Positions 39,493 through 50,191 are shown, numbered from the whole stretch's first letter. The stretch: 58,930 bases of DNA, filler included, from 6 parts of 6 records of this genome joined end to end with filler, not necessarily neighbours in it; one strand, 5' to 3'. Program-made: numbers and translations. The notes: generated from the letters alone by a model not told the origin.

Positions 39493-40661
39493 TTCTGTTT
39501 TTCTTCCTTTATCATAGTTTCAAGCCTTGCAGGGGAAATCCCATGCTTTGTTTCGGTACAGTTCTTTATCCTGTCAAGAAGTGATGCCAGCTGGTCCTTT
39601 GAAAGATCATGGCCCATATCCCCGACAATACCTTTTAAGGCCTTCATTCCGGTATGTTTACCGACAATCAGATGACGCTTTCCTCCGACCATTTCAGGGG
39701 TGAAAAGTTCATAGGTACGTGGTTCTTCAAGTATGGCACATACATGGATACCGGATTCATGTGAAAACGTATGTTCTCCGACAATTGCTTTGTTAACTGC
39801 AGGTTTGAGTCCTGAGTATTCATTGACCATTTGTGAAAGCTCAGTGAGTCCTGTAGTATCATACCTGTCAATACCATACTGGATTCTCAATGCAACAAGG
39901 ACTTCCTCAAGTGAGGCATTACCTGCCCTCTCACCAATAGCATTTACAGTGGTATGAAGTTGTTTCGCACCTGCTTCTGCTGCAGCAAGGGTGTTAGCAG
40001 TGGCCATTCCAAGATCGTTGTGGCAGTGTATACAAACAGGAGTATCTACTGTCTTTTTGATCTCGCTGACAAGATAGTAAGTGCTGCTCGGGTTTAGTAT
40101 GCCTATGGTATCAGCAATGCTCACGTAGTCCACCTTGTACTCTTCCGCTGCCTTAAAAGCATTCTTAAGTACCTCTACGTCTGTCCTGCTGCCATCTTCT
40201 GCTGCAAACCTGACACCTACACCATGATCCTTTGCATACTGGACAGCTTCCATTGCACAGGAAAACATCTCCTCACAGCTCTTATGATACTTGTGTTTAA
40301 GATGCAGGTCAGACATTGCAATGAATATACTGATAAAATCAACATCACAGTCAACAGCTGTTTCAACATCACTGAGTTTTGACCGTGCCAGGCAGCATGT
40401 ACGTGAGTCGAGTCCCATGTTGGCGATTTCCTTAACAACCGCCTTTTCAGCAATGGAAACAACAGGGAAACCTGCCTCAATGATATCCACACCAAGAGAG
40501 TCAATTTTTGTCGCAAGGGAAATTTTTTCTTCCCTGGTAAAGACAACTCCAGGTGTTTGTTCACCATCCCTGAGTGTCACATCGCAGATCTCAATATCAA
40601 GAGGGGGCAAATTCAAATAATCCATAAGCTTGTTTCTTGAGTAATCCTTATTTTCTGACAT
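39489..40661 (-). CDS. aksA: Methanogen homocitrate synthase
   Basis: DVTLRDGEQTPG, HCHNDLG, GERAGNA, FSHESGIH, GKHTG; lacks the LeuA regulatory domain (390 aa). Confidence 0.78.
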   Translation of the reverse strand: MSENKDYSRNKLMDYLNLPPLDIEICDVTLRDGEQTPGVVFTREEKISLATKIDSLGVDIIEAGFPVVSIAEKAVVKEIANMGLDSRTCCLARSKLSDVETAVDCDVDFISIFIAMSDLHLKHKYHKSCEEMFSCAMEAVQYAKDHGVGVRFAAEDGSRTDVEVLKNAFKAAEEYKVDYVSIADTIGILNPSSTYYLVSEIKKTVDTPVCIHCHNDLGMATANTLAAAEAGAKQLHTTVNAIGERAGNASLEEVLVALRIQYGIDRYDTTGLTELSQMVNEYSGLKPAVNKAIVGEHTFSHESGIHVCAILEEPRTYELFTPEMVGGKRHLIVGKHTGMKALKGIVGDMGHDLSKDQLASLLDRIKNCTETKHGISPARLETMIKEEKQN

Positions 40662-40848
40662 GGTTCTGACTCCTGTGGTTGCTGTGAATTTCCAGTTCCA
40701 TTATATAACTCTTAGGTTTTTTAAGGTAATTGATGGCTTTCCAGCAATTGTCGAATAGTAATCTTTATCTAGTGAATAGAAGGCAATTTTATGCTGATTT
40801 CAGAGATTTTTCCTCAATCCGGACGGGATACCAGTGTCACGTCAGTGT

Positions 40849-42507
40849 TCAGGCAAGCTTGCTCTGGACCTTTTCATAGAATCCATTTACAGAACTGCTG
40901 ACAAACCTGGCAGGATTCTCTCCCCTTGTGATGGTGACAACATCATTCTCCTTCATATCATAGGAATGCTGACCATCTATAACAATGACGGCCTCCTTCT
41001 CGGGAATTGTCATCTCAACCTTTATATTACTGTCACCCGGCACGATCCAGGGTCTTGCAGACAATTTGAAAGGAGCTATTGGGACCACGATAGATGCATC
41101 AACACGGGGATCCACAATAGGACCACCCGCACTCATTGCATATGCTGTCGAACCGGTAGGGGTTGCAATAACAATACCATCTGCCCTCATGTCCTCTATC
41201 TCCGAATTGTCCACTGCCAGCCTGAATGTAAGAATTTTTGCAGGTCTTGCAGTAATAAGCACGATCTCATTGGTTGCATCCTCTAATCTCATCCCGTTCA
41301 AATGTACACTGAGTCTTGAACGTTCAGTGTATGTGAAACCTTTAAGAACATCATCTATATCCTTGATGGCGTCTTCCGGTGGCACATCCACAAGAAAACC
41401 AAGTGTTCCCATATTTATTCCCAGAATCGGAAGAGGATCATCCATCTTTGATATATTGCGAAGTACTGTGCCATCCCCACCAACAGAGATTATCATCTGG
41501 ACACCCGCATCGCGCATTTCTTCCACCCGGAGGATTCTCTCTTTCATTCCAAGGTGTTCACCCGTTCCGGGAGAGAGTACGATATCCACTTTTGAGCTGA
41601 ACTCATCATAGATCTTCCTGACCATATCAAGAGCATCCTGATGATCGCAACGCGATACGATTCCTATTTTACTGACCTTCATGTGCTGTCCCTGTGAAAG
41701 TTTAATGATACTGTCATGTGCAAGCCCATTGGATGCAATCACGCAAACCCTGCTTACTATTTTGTTTTCTAACTTTAAAGAGTCACCGTCTCCGTTGGTA
41801 ACAAGACCCCCGGCCTCTTCAACGATAAGTTTGCCTGCGGCGATGTCAGTCATGCGCATTGTACCCCTGACATCTGCAAATGCATCTAGTTTTCCTGCTG
41901 CCACGTAACAGAGTTCAAGTGCTACACTGCCCATGGACCTGATTCTCCTGGCAGCTCCGGATAATACGGCTGCAGTATGTGTATTGTGCCTGTAGCCGTA
42001 AACGCTCAGGCAGAACTTGTTGATGTCCGAATTTTCAGAGGTGCTAAGGCGATTTCCATTAAAATAAGCACCTTTTCCCAGCTCTGCATAAAATGTGTCA
42101 CCGGTGGCAAGGTTTTTCACGTATCCAAAGCGGATATCGTTTAGATCTGATGAAGTCATTGCAAGCGATATACTGTAAAATGGTATTCCCATGGCAGCAT
42201 TGTAAGTACCGTCTATGGGATCGATTATTATTGTCAGGTCAGGAGTTTTTTCTATTTCTCCTTTTATGTCCCCTACTATTTTCTCCCCTGCTTCCTCACT
42301 GATGATACGAAAAGAGCTACGCTCTTCACCAAGTACTTTAAAAATAGCTTTTTCGGCAGTGTCATCTATTAATTTGGTAGGTGTACCGTCCGCCCCGGTA
42401 TAAAGAATCCTGTCGGCATCTGCTGTGCCGACAAGTCTTTTTATGGCCTCATGCACTTCCCCAGCAATTTTATCGCAAAGAGCAAGCAAATCGGCTGTGG
42501 ATTGCAT
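40849..42507 (-). CDS. ppnK: Bifunctional NADP phosphatase / NAD kinase
   Basis: N-terminal IMPase-like domain (SEE, IDPIDGT, DIAAG); C-terminal GGDGT, GINMGTLGFL, TNE, ATPTGSTAYAMSAGGP. Confidence 0.92.
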   Translation of the reverse strand: MQSTADLLALCDKIAGEVHEAIKRLVGTADADRILYTGADGTPTKLIDDTAEKAIFKVLGEERSSFRIISEEAGEKIVGDIKGEIEKTPDLTIIIDPIDGTYNAAMGIPFYSISLAMTSSDLNDIRFGYVKNLATGDTFYAELGKGAYFNGNRLSTSENSDINKFCLSVYGYRHNTHTAAVLSGAARRIRSMGSVALELCYVAAGKLDAFADVRGTMRMTDIAAGKLIVEEAGGLVTNGDGDSLKLENKIVSRVCVIASNGLAHDSIIKLSQGQHMKVSKIGIVSRCDHQDALDMVRKIYDEFSSKVDIVLSPGTGEHLGMKERILRVEEMRDAGVQMIISVGGDGTVLRNISKMDDPLPILGINMGTLGFLVDVPPEDAIKDIDDVLKGFTYTERSRLSVHLNGMRLEDATNEIVLITARPAKILTFRLAVDNSEIEDMRADGIVIATPTGSTAYAMSAGGPIVDPRVDASIVVPIAPFKLSARPWIVPGDSNIKVEMTIPEKEAVIVIDGQHSYDMKENDVVTITRGENPARFVSSSVNGFYEKVQSKLA

Positions 42508-42524
42508 GAGGCCAGATAGGTAAA

Positions 42525-43532
42525 TTAAATTCCCATTGCCTTGTTGGTCTTTGCTATGGACTTTGCGCCATCTGACTCAATTTCTGTCATGGCACGGATA
42601 GCATCGATGTTCTCAGGAATTACATCGGATTCCTGGTGGATTGCTTGGAAGAAGTAGAGTTCTCCCTCATACATTGTGACGGATTCATCCCAGACACAGT
42701 TCTCCCACATGTCGCCTCTTGGACGGTTAAGGTCCTTTCCAAGCTCCATGATTTCGGCGGTGGATGTGATACCGTTGCCCACAAACCTTACACGGGACTG
42801 CTTCTCAAAGAGTGCTTTTACATCATCTGCTGTGCAGTCCTTCTCAAGCTCGATGTTGAGGGTGTGAAGGTGCATCAGTGTTGTTGGAAGCTTTACAGCG
42901 GTTGAAGCTATGTTGATGTGTGGTATTACTGACTTTACATCAGGACCGTGGTGGGATGGAAGTGTGATTGGGTTTGGCACAATTGCATTGATAGGACCCT
43001 TCTTGATATCATTTGGATCTGCGGATCTTCTCATGAGTGTGACTCTTACCTTGTTGACACCATACGCCTGGTCAAGTGGGTGGATTACCCTGCACAGACC
43101 TGTTGTGTTACAGGAAACAACCCTGACAAAGTCCTTGCCAAGTGCCTCGGCATAGTTTGCCTCTGAGTTAAATGAGCAACCTGCAAGATCATGGTCTTCG
43201 CCGCCCTGCCAGATACCTTTGACGCCTGCCTTCTCATAGAGCGCCTTGTTCTTCTCCCCAATTCCGCCTGGTGTACAGTCTACAACAACATCAGCCTCAG
43301 CGATCATATCGTCAATGGTTCCTGCTGCAGGAATACCTGCCTTCTTCATGGTATCGACCCTGTCATCAAGGGTATAGACATCATATCCCCTGTCATGAGC
43401 TACAAAGGCCTCATAGGTTGGTCTTGTCTTGGCAACACCAATTATTTCCATATCATCCTGTAAGGTTACAGCATCAGCAACACGCTTACCAATGGTACCA
43501 TATCCGTTTATTGCAACTTTTACTTTAGACAT
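42525..43532 (-). CDS. gap: Type II glyceraldehyde-3-phosphate dehydrogenase
   Basis: INGYGTIGKRVADA, VVSCNTTGL, SHHGPDV, IHQESDVIPENIDAIRAM. Confidence 0.96.
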   Translation of the reverse strand: MSKVKVAINGYGTIGKRVADAVTLQDDMEIIGVAKTRPTYEAFVAHDRGYDVYTLDDRVDTMKKAGIPAAGTIDDMIAEADVVVDCTPGGIGEKNKALYEKAGVKGIWQGGEDHDLAGCSFNSEANYAEALGKDFVRVVSCNTTGLCRVIHPLDQAYGVNKVRVTLMRRSADPNDIKKGPINAIVPNPITLPSHHGPDVKSVIPHINIASTAVKLPTTLMHLHTLNIELEKDCTADDVKALFEKQSRVRFVGNGITSTAEIMELGKDLNRPRGDMWENCVWDESVTMYEGELYFFQAIHQESDVIPENIDAIRAMTEIESDGAKSIAKTNKAMGI

Positions 43533-43606
43533 CTTATTTCCTTCCGAACTTTATCTCTCTTAAATAAATATATAATTAGCAAACTTATATTTTAAAATTA
43601 CTTTGG

Positions 43607-43721
43607 TTTAAATATGACTTTAATACCATTTTAATATCAATTTGAATATTGGGCTTAAATATCACTTTGAATATCAGGATTTAATATCAGTTTAGATATC
43701 AGGGTTCAAGCATCAGGATCA
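43607..43721. repeat. Degenerate tandem repeat, about 9 units of TT(T/G)AATATCA at 11-14 nt period
   Basis: tttaaatatga / ctttaatacca / ttttaatatca / atttgaatattg / ggcttaaatatca / ctttgaatatca / ggatttaatatca / gtttagatatca / gggttcaagcatca. Confidence 0.7.
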
Positions 43722-43907
43722 GTTCTTAAGAACTAAAGCTTCACCCGTTCCAAAGTTGATTTCCTTTATAGAACCTTTGATTGTTTCCTTCTCCCCTAGA
43801 ATCCCGTAAAGATCTATAGTGTCATCATTGACTATCATCTTTGTGACGGATTCCATAACGACAGTTCGTGTCTCGCCGTCTGCAAGAACAACTTTCAGTT
43901 CACACAT
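43719..43907 (-). CDS. CooT-family small nickel-binding protein
   Basis: 62 aa; MCE start, VMESV, LYGILGE, I-EINF. Confidence 0.8.
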   Translation of the reverse strand: MCELKVVLADGETRTVVMESVTKMIVNDDTIDLYGILGEKETIKGSIKEINFGTGEALVLKN

Positions 43908-43958
43908 ATTGTATCTCCTGTTGCCTATTTCCTGATCCCAATTCCCTGTACCTTATTC

Positions 43959-44836
43959 TTATTCCAATAACTGGGCTACTGAACAGCCCTTTGGTGCGCC
44001 GATATCCTCTCCCACAGGATCACATTTCACCTTAAGTAAATATGCTATTGGTCTATAATTCTCTTCTGACAGTGTCTCGTAATTTGCCATTCCCTTACTT
44101 ATAATAAGTGATGCATTGTCCAGCGCTTCCTTGAGCTCCCCGGGAGCTTCCTCAAAGCGCACGCCTATTGCATTGGAACCAGTTGTGAGAACAGTATCCA
44201 CCATCTCTTCAATGCCGGCTTCTTTAATCTCATCCATGGTTACATCGTTCAGTATTGGTGCGCCCCTTACAACAAGGGTGATCTTTCCGCCCATCTTCCT
44301 GATGATCTCAAAAACCAGTGTGTCAATGAGAATTTCCCCGCAGTTATCAGCAAGATATACCACATTGCTAAGTTTGTCCAGCATTTTGTCAGTATCATCA
44401 ATATCAAGGCCACGCTGGAAATGTTCCAGGAACGTTTTATCGAAGACCTCAATAGGCACTTCAAGTCCCATTACACCGTAATCAAAGTAATTACCAATAA
44501 CAGCTGCCAGCACTGCACGCTTAAATGTGGCAATGTCGTCTTCGTCCCCGTTAAAAACGTGAGAGCGAATTACCGGCATAAATCTTGCAGCTGTCTGGGT
44601 GCTGAGTATCTTTTTGTCCAGATAAGGGTCATTGTCGTTGAGAATCTCATAGGCTTTCCTGTGCATGGGTGTGGATAGCTCTGCTGCAGGCATACCCGGC
44701 TCATAGAGAGCATTGAGTACGTCTATCCCTCCACGAACTGCTTTTTGTATCAGTTCCTCGTCATCAGTTGACAATTCTGCTTCCTGGTGAACCCGGGACA
44801 GCAGGCAGTATGAACATCTTGGATGAACTTTCATGT
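43959..44836 (-). CDS. DUF89/ARMT1-like damage-control phosphatase
   Basis: MKVHPRCSYCL, DPY-KK, AVIGNYFDYG, LADNCGE, ISKGMANYETL, VKC; start probably at the MKVH Met rather than 44882. Confidence 0.85.
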
Positions 44837-44974
44837 GACCATTCCTGTTAGCTTGTCGAGTCTGTATTTTTATCATGTGCAATAAGCTTAACCTTGCTCA
44901 TAATCCTGAAATAGTCCGAAAAAGAAAAAAAGCTTTGCGTTTATCTTTAACCTGTTTCAAATCAGCAGGTAATC

Positions 44975-45532
44975 ATGAACTACAAAAATATCTTCAGTGG
45001 CAGACACCTCAAGCTAAAACCAGAACACGGACGCTACATAATACTTGGCAGTATCGACGGCATACTGGCAGTCCTGGGTGTCGTAATAGGCACATCCCAC
45101 GTATCCGATAACCCCACCATAGTCATCAATGCAGCACTTGGCGGCGCAGTCGCCCTTGCACTCACCAACGGCGTAGGCTCATACCTTGCAGAAAGCGCAG
45201 TAGAATACGGCAGACTTGCAGAAATGGAAAAACCCCTCCTGCGCAGCCTCAACAGCACAAAACTGGAACAGGATGCAAAAAAAAAGATCTGGAGCGACTC
45301 CTTCTTCCACGGCGGCGCCAGCTTCTGCGGCTCCCTTGTCCCGATACTCCCATTCCTGCTCCTCGAACAACACAGACTGGAAGCAGCAATTGTTTGCAGT
45401 ATAGTAGTCCTGTCTATTCTCGGAGTCTACTCTGGAAAACTGGCAAAACAAAGCATGATCAAACACTCAGTCCGCATGGTAGGTCTTGGAATCATGATCG
45501 TTGCAGCAGTCACTCTGCTGGGCCTGGAGTAA
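44975..45532 (+). CDS. VIT1/CCC1-like membrane protein (TIGR00267-like)
   Basis: RYIILGSIDGIL, GSYLAE-A, GSLVPILPF. Confidence 0.78.
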   Translation: MNYKNIFSGRHLKLKPEHGRYIILGSIDGILAVLGVVIGTSHVSDNPTIVINAALGGAVALALTNGVGSYLAESAVEYGRLAEMEKPLLRSLNSTKLEQDAKKKIWSDSFFHGGASFCGSLVPILPFLLLEQHRLEAAIVCSIVVLSILGVYSGKLAKQSMIKHSVRMVGLGIMIVAAVTLLGLE

Positions 45533-45589
45533 GGATTAACATTTAAACCCCCTGTAACATTTGATGAAAACTAAAAACAACACAACCAC

Positions 45590-45795
45590 CCGCCGAAGGC
45601 GGCGCGTCCTTTCAATACCAATCAGAAAATTATTGAAATAGTGCAGTTGTTTTGAATTGCCGGGGTCAAAGTTGGACTTCATGAAAGCAACATGGTCCTG
45701 TGGGAAAAGTTTGGGCACATAATAAACGTGAAAGCAAACAATAACATAATGCACCTTTTTTGGTTGCGCCGGCTTCGCCGGGCCCTTCGGGTCGG
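45590..45795. repeat. Intergenic unit bounded by inward-facing GC-rich GAA-loop mini-hairpins (REP/MITE-like)
   Basis: CCGCC-GAA-GGCGG (45590-45602); CCGGC-TTC-GCCGG and GCCC-TTC-GGGT (45769-45792) in AT-rich DNA. Confidence 0.5.
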
Positions 45796-45883
45796 TTTAG
45801 TTATTCATGATTAGTAAGTGCCGTCTTATCCCCTCTTTTATTCTCCTTCCTATTTTCCTTACATTCATCTCACTTACTTTTAA

Positions 45884-46855
45884 ATGCCATGTGAATGTAT
45901 AGACTCCCTCATGCTTTTGACGCTTGTAGCACTTATCGTAAGTCTTGTGATGATTACAAAAGGTGCCGACTGGTTTGTGGAATCAGCGGTTAATATCTCG
46001 GAGAAAAGTGGGATTCCTAAGATAATCATAGGAGCAACGATAGTCAGTTTTGCTACTACGGCACCGGAGTTTACTGTTTCTGCTATGGCGGCTTATCTTG
46101 ATCATGTGGAGATGACAGTGGGCAATGCAGTGGGGTCGGCAATATGTAATATCGGGCTTGTGCTTGGAAGCGTTATCCTGATAAAAGCGATTCCTGTGGA
46201 ACTTCATGGGTTCACACGCAAGGGAGGGTTCATGCTTGGTTCTGCTTTGCTTCTGATAGCTGTGGCATATGATGGTGTTGTGTCTGCGTTTGACGGAATA
46301 CTTCTGTTGATGGTTTTCCTGGGATTCATGTATTACAATTTCCGTCTTCAGCGTGCTGTTTTTGATGGGAAGGACGAACTGCGAGAAAAGGTACCACTTA
46401 TCCAGTTGAAAAAAGACATCGCCCTTTTTGTCGTGGGTGCACTGCTTGTTGTTGTTGGCAGCCGCATACTTGTGGATGCAGGTATAACAATCGCAGAGTG
46501 GCTCGGGATTCCTGAGATGATAATAGCCCTGACACTTGTGGCGCTTGGAACATCACTGCCTGAGCTTATCACAGCAGTCTCTGCTACATTGAAAGGTCAT
46601 CAGGATATTTCCATAGGTAACATACTTGGTGCTAACACAATGGATATAGCACTCATCCTTGGTGCATCCTCACAAATCAGACCACTGACAATTCTTAACC
46701 AGTCACTTGTATATGATTTCCCATTGATGGTCGCACTCATGCTGCTTCTTCTCATATTCGGAATAACAGGAAGGAAACTTGAAAAATGGGAAGGTGGAGT
46801 TATCCTTGCAGTCTATCTCGGGTATGTGGTTGGGCTGTTCACACTTTTTAATTGA
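45884..46855 (+). CDS. Calcium/sodium antiporter (CaCA, YrbG-like)
   Basis: Alpha repeats SFATTAPE...GNAVGSAICN and ALGTSLPE...GNILGAN. Confidence 0.9.
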   Translation: MPCECIDSLMLLTLVALIVSLVMITKGADWFVESAVNISEKSGIPKIIIGATIVSFATTAPEFTVSAMAAYLDHVEMTVGNAVGSAICNIGLVLGSVILIKAIPVELHGFTRKGGFMLGSALLLIAVAYDGVVSAFDGILLLMVFLGFMYYNFRLQRAVFDGKDELREKVPLIQLKKDIALFVVGALLVVVGSRILVDAGITIAEWLGIPEMIIALTLVALGTSLPELITAVSATLKGHQDISIGNILGANTMDIALILGASSQIRPLTILNQSLVYDFPLMVALMLLLLIFGITGRKLEKWEGGVILAVYLGYVVGLFTLFN

Positions 46856-46949
46856 TGTTCATAAATATCCGATCCCTGCAGCATTGATCGTGTAGAAACG
46901 ATACATTTAAATCATGGTAACTTTCTAACTCTTTTCACAGGGGTATATC

Positions 46950-47417
46950 ATGAAAAATAAAATGATAATATTTTTAGTATTGTTGGTACTGTCTTTGGCA
47001 GTATCAGGATGTAGCGATAAAGAAGAAACAATCACCATTCCAGGTGAAGATGGTGCAGAAGTCGAGGTCACCTACAATGAAGGTTCAGAAGATGAGGAGT
47101 GTCCTGTAGGGACAACCATGACATTCAATGACCCTAATACCGGCGAAACTATGGTAATGGAAATTGTAGGAACTGAGACTATTGAAGGAATAGAAATGTG
47201 CCACACAGTAGCTGAGATAAATGTAGCTGCAGATGATGACGTTGCCAGAATGGAGATGTACACTCCAATTGACGAGAACGACGATAGTTTCATTATGACC
47301 TATTATGACAAGGATGGCAATGTCCTGTCTGAAACAAAGATAATTAATGGTAAAATGACCATGACAGACGATGAAGGCAATGTTGTCATGGAAATGACTA
47401 TTCCTGAGGATGAATAA
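46950..47417 (+). CDS. Acidic archaeal lipoprotein of unknown function
   Basis: Signal with lipobox VSGC; highly acidic; oligo-T tract follows the stop. Confidence 0.75.
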   Translation: MKNKMIIFLVLLVLSLAVSGCSDKEETITIPGEDGAEVEVTYNEGSEDEECPVGTTMTFNDPNTGETMVMEIVGTETIEGIEMCHTVAEINVAADDDVARMEMYTPIDENDDSFIMTYYDKDGNVLSETKIINGKMTMTDDEGNVVMEMTIPEDE

Positions 47418-47513
47418 TTTTCATCTTCTTTTTTTTCTTTTAACTGTACCCTTATTTCATATACAGTTTTCTCTAATCGGTTTTAAATAGGATAATTACC
47501 ATCAGTAATACTC

Positions 47514-48071
47514 ATGCAAATTCCATCACCTGATGAACTGAAGCAAAAAAGGAACGATCTTGGCCTTACACAAAGCGACCTCGCTAAAAGAGCAGGCGTC
47601 AGCCAGCCTTTAATAGCAAGAATTGAAGCAGGAGATGTAGATCCCAGGCTATCTACACTTAGAAAGATAATAGACGTGTTCAATGATATAGAGAAGGAAG
47701 ATATCTATCTCAAAGACATAATGCACCGGGAGATTATATCAGTATCACCTGAAGAGAGCATCGACAGAGCAGTACATATCATGGAAGAGAACAACATCTC
47801 GCAGATACCTGTCATTCAGGAAGGAATCTCTGTTGGTAGCATATCTGAAGAGATGATTGTCAGGTCTATGGCAGATAAGAAGACCTCAGAGGTATCCCAT
47901 ATGATGGTCGGTGATATCATGGGCGATTCATTCCCTACTCTTGCCCCGAGTACTGATGTGAAAACAGCATCTTACATGCTTGAGAAGAACCCGGCAGTAC
48001 TGGTGCTGGAAAAGGGTCAGGTCGCAGGTGTTGTAACAAAGTACGACATACTGAAACTGCTCAGTGAATAG
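47514..48071 (+). CDS. XRE-HTH + tandem CBS transcriptional regulator
   Basis: LGLTQSDLAKRAGVSQPLIARIEAGDVDPRLSTL; two CBS domains (ISQIPV, GVVTKYDIL). Confidence 0.9.
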   Translation: MQIPSPDELKQKRNDLGLTQSDLAKRAGVSQPLIARIEAGDVDPRLSTLRKIIDVFNDIEKEDIYLKDIMHREIISVSPEESIDRAVHIMEENNISQIPVIQEGISVGSISEEMIVRSMADKKTSEVSHMMVGDIMGDSFPTLAPSTDVKTASYMLEKNPAVLVLEKGQVAGVVTKYDILKLLSE

Positions 48072-48275
48072 AGTTTCATAGAAGTGTCCGGCTAAAGTTA
48101 TATATTAAGGTTGCATATGTGCCAAAGTCGCCTGTTTAAGAGTGACGGAGCTGCACAAATATTAAGGAGAATTTGCAATTCGAATAATGTTCGGTCAAAT
48201 ATCAGGCAACTATCAATAAACTAATCCAATAATTCCAGTTACACCAAATTACAATATACTTATCAGGAGATCAAT

Positions 48276-49364
48276 ATGAATCTTGAAGATACACTTCTTA
48301 TGATGCCAGGACCGGTTCCTGTTGCACCTCGCGTCCTTAGGGCCATGTCAAAACCCATGATTAACCACAGGGGAACAGAGTTCTCAGCAATGTACGATGA
48401 CTGTTGCGATATACTTGCTGACGTATTCCAGACAAAAAATGACATTTTTATTTTAAGCGGTTCAGGTACTGCTGCAATGGAAGCTGCTGTAGGATGTACA
48501 GTTGGCAAGGACGATGTCGTTGTAGCCCTTGAGAACGGAAAGTTCGGAGAGAGGTTCAAGGATATTGCTGCAAGATATGGAAAAGTGAATGCCCTTGAAA
48601 ATGAATGGGGACACTCCTTTGATCTCGAAGAAGTGGAAAAGAAACTGGAAGAAGGTGCAAAAGCTATAACTCTTGTCCACAACGAGACTTCCGTAGGCAT
48701 ACAGAACCCGGCACAGGAAATCGGAAAACTTGCAAAGAAGTATGATGCACTCTTTATCATGGATGGCGTTACCACCCTTGGCGGGGATGTCGTGAAGACT
48801 GATGAATGGGGCGTTGATATCGCTGTTGTGGGTTCACAGAAGTGCCTTGCAGCACCGCCAGGACTTTCTATGATCTCTGTCAGTGAGCGTGCACTGGAAG
48901 CAATGAACGAAAAGGATGACCTTCCTTACTACCTCGATCTTAAAGCTTACAAGAAGAGCGGTGACAAATCACAGACACCGTACACACCAGGAGTACCACT
49001 ATTCTTTGGCCTGCAGGAAGCCCTGCATATCATAAAGGAAGAAGGTATGGAAGCCAGGATAAAACGCCATGCAACAGGTGCAAAGGCAATAAGAGCAGCA
49101 GCAGCAGCAATGGGACTTGAAATGTTCCCACAGCTCCACAATGATCACAGCCACTATTCAAACACAGTCTCAGCCATGGCAGCTCCTGAGGGAGTCACAG
49201 GCAATGACATCAAAAAGGACATGATGGCAAAAGGCATCACTATTGCCGGTGGCCAGGCACATCTTAGCGGCAAGATATTCAGGATAGGAAGCATGGGTAA
49301 CGTCCAGCCAAAGGACATCATGCTTACAATACAGGAACTGGAAATGGTTCTTATGAAGAGAGGA
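48276..49364 (+). CDS. Class V PLP aminotransferase (alanine-glyoxylate/serine-pyruvate family), 3'-truncated
   Basis: LMMPGPVPV, GSGTAAME, VHNETS, GSQKCLAAPPG, TPYTP, IFRIGSMG. Confidence 0.9.
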
Positions 49365-49464
49365 NNNNNNNNNNNNNNNNNNNNNNNNNNNNNNNNNNNN
49401 NNNNNNNNTTAATTAATTAANNNNNNNNNNNNNNNNNNNNNNNNNNNNNNNNNNNNNNNNNNNN
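49365..49464. other. Artificial contig spacer
   Basis: N-run, TTAATTAATTAA, N-run. Confidence 0.98.
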
Positions 49465-49756
49465 CTGTATTTGTTTTTGATGACAAATTTCTAAGCTAAT
49501 ATTTATAATTATTATCAAATAGTTGTAACGAACGGTTTCCCTACGGGCGGCGCTCAGTTATTCGCTTGCGGGGACCGAAGCGTTGGACGATTTGCCTGGA
49601 ATCGGAATAAACGAAGCGGCCGGCCGTCAAGCCAAGTTCGGCCGGGGAAAATTGAAATTTACCCGTAAAAGTAAGTCATGAAAGCGGGCGCGACGGCGCT
49701 TCGTTTGGCGCCGACCACGTTGCCGATTTTTCCGTGCCGACCGGTCGGCGCCGGGG

Positions 49757-50191
49757 TCAGGCGGACTGCGTCTCGCCGACGGCGGCGGCATAGGCCGACA
49801 GGTTTTCAAGATGGTGCCGCCAGCCTTGGCGGTGGGCCTCGATCAGGCCGTCGCGGTCGGCTTCCGGAAAGGCTTGCCAACCGCCGTGCAGGACGGTGAG
49901 TTGGGTCGCTTCGCCGAGGCTTTCAAGGGAGAAGGTGACTTCCGTGGCGACGGTCCAGTCCTCGTCGGACCAGGTCAGCCGAAGCTCGCTCGCGGGTTTC
50001 ATCCCCAGGACCTTGCCCGAGGTGACGATGCGTTGCCCGGCGGAATTGGTCCAGGCTTCGGTAAACTGGCCCCCGGGGACGGCATCGATCTCAACGCCGT
50101 CGTTCCACCAGTGCCGTAAGTGTTGCGTTTCTGTCAGGAATTTCCAGACAATCTCTATGGGTGCCGGTATGTCGGCGGATAAGTGAATCAT
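49757..50191 (-). CDS. SRPBCC/AHSA1-like protein
   Basis: IPAPIEIVWKFLTE...HWW, PGGQF, TEVTFSLE, HRQGWRHHLENL; start placed at ATG 50191. Confidence 0.8.
   Translation of the reverse strand: MIHLSADIPAPIEIVWKFLTETQHLRHWWNDGVEIDAVPGGQFTEAWTNSAGQRIVTSGKVLGMKPASELRLTWSDEDWTVATEVTFSLESLGEATQLTVLHGGWQAFPEADRDGLIEAHRQGWRHHLENLSAYAAAVGETQSA

Noticed and set aside
37430-42507. AN1-rhomboid fusion and NADP phosphatase/NAD kinase fusion as novel
   Set aside because: Both fusions are already known in euryarchaea.
6142-49464. Recurring TTAATTAATTAA palindrome as a biological repeat or CRISPR
   Set aside because: Always centred in N-runs of identical 100-nt length; it is an assembly linker with stops in all frames.
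33921-49464. Archaeal genes next to bacterial genes as horizontal transfer
   Set aside because: The boundaries coincide exactly with artificial spacers.
49465-49545. AT-rich start of contig 6 as an island attachment site
   Set aside because: No tRNA fragment, integrase or partner repeat is visible.
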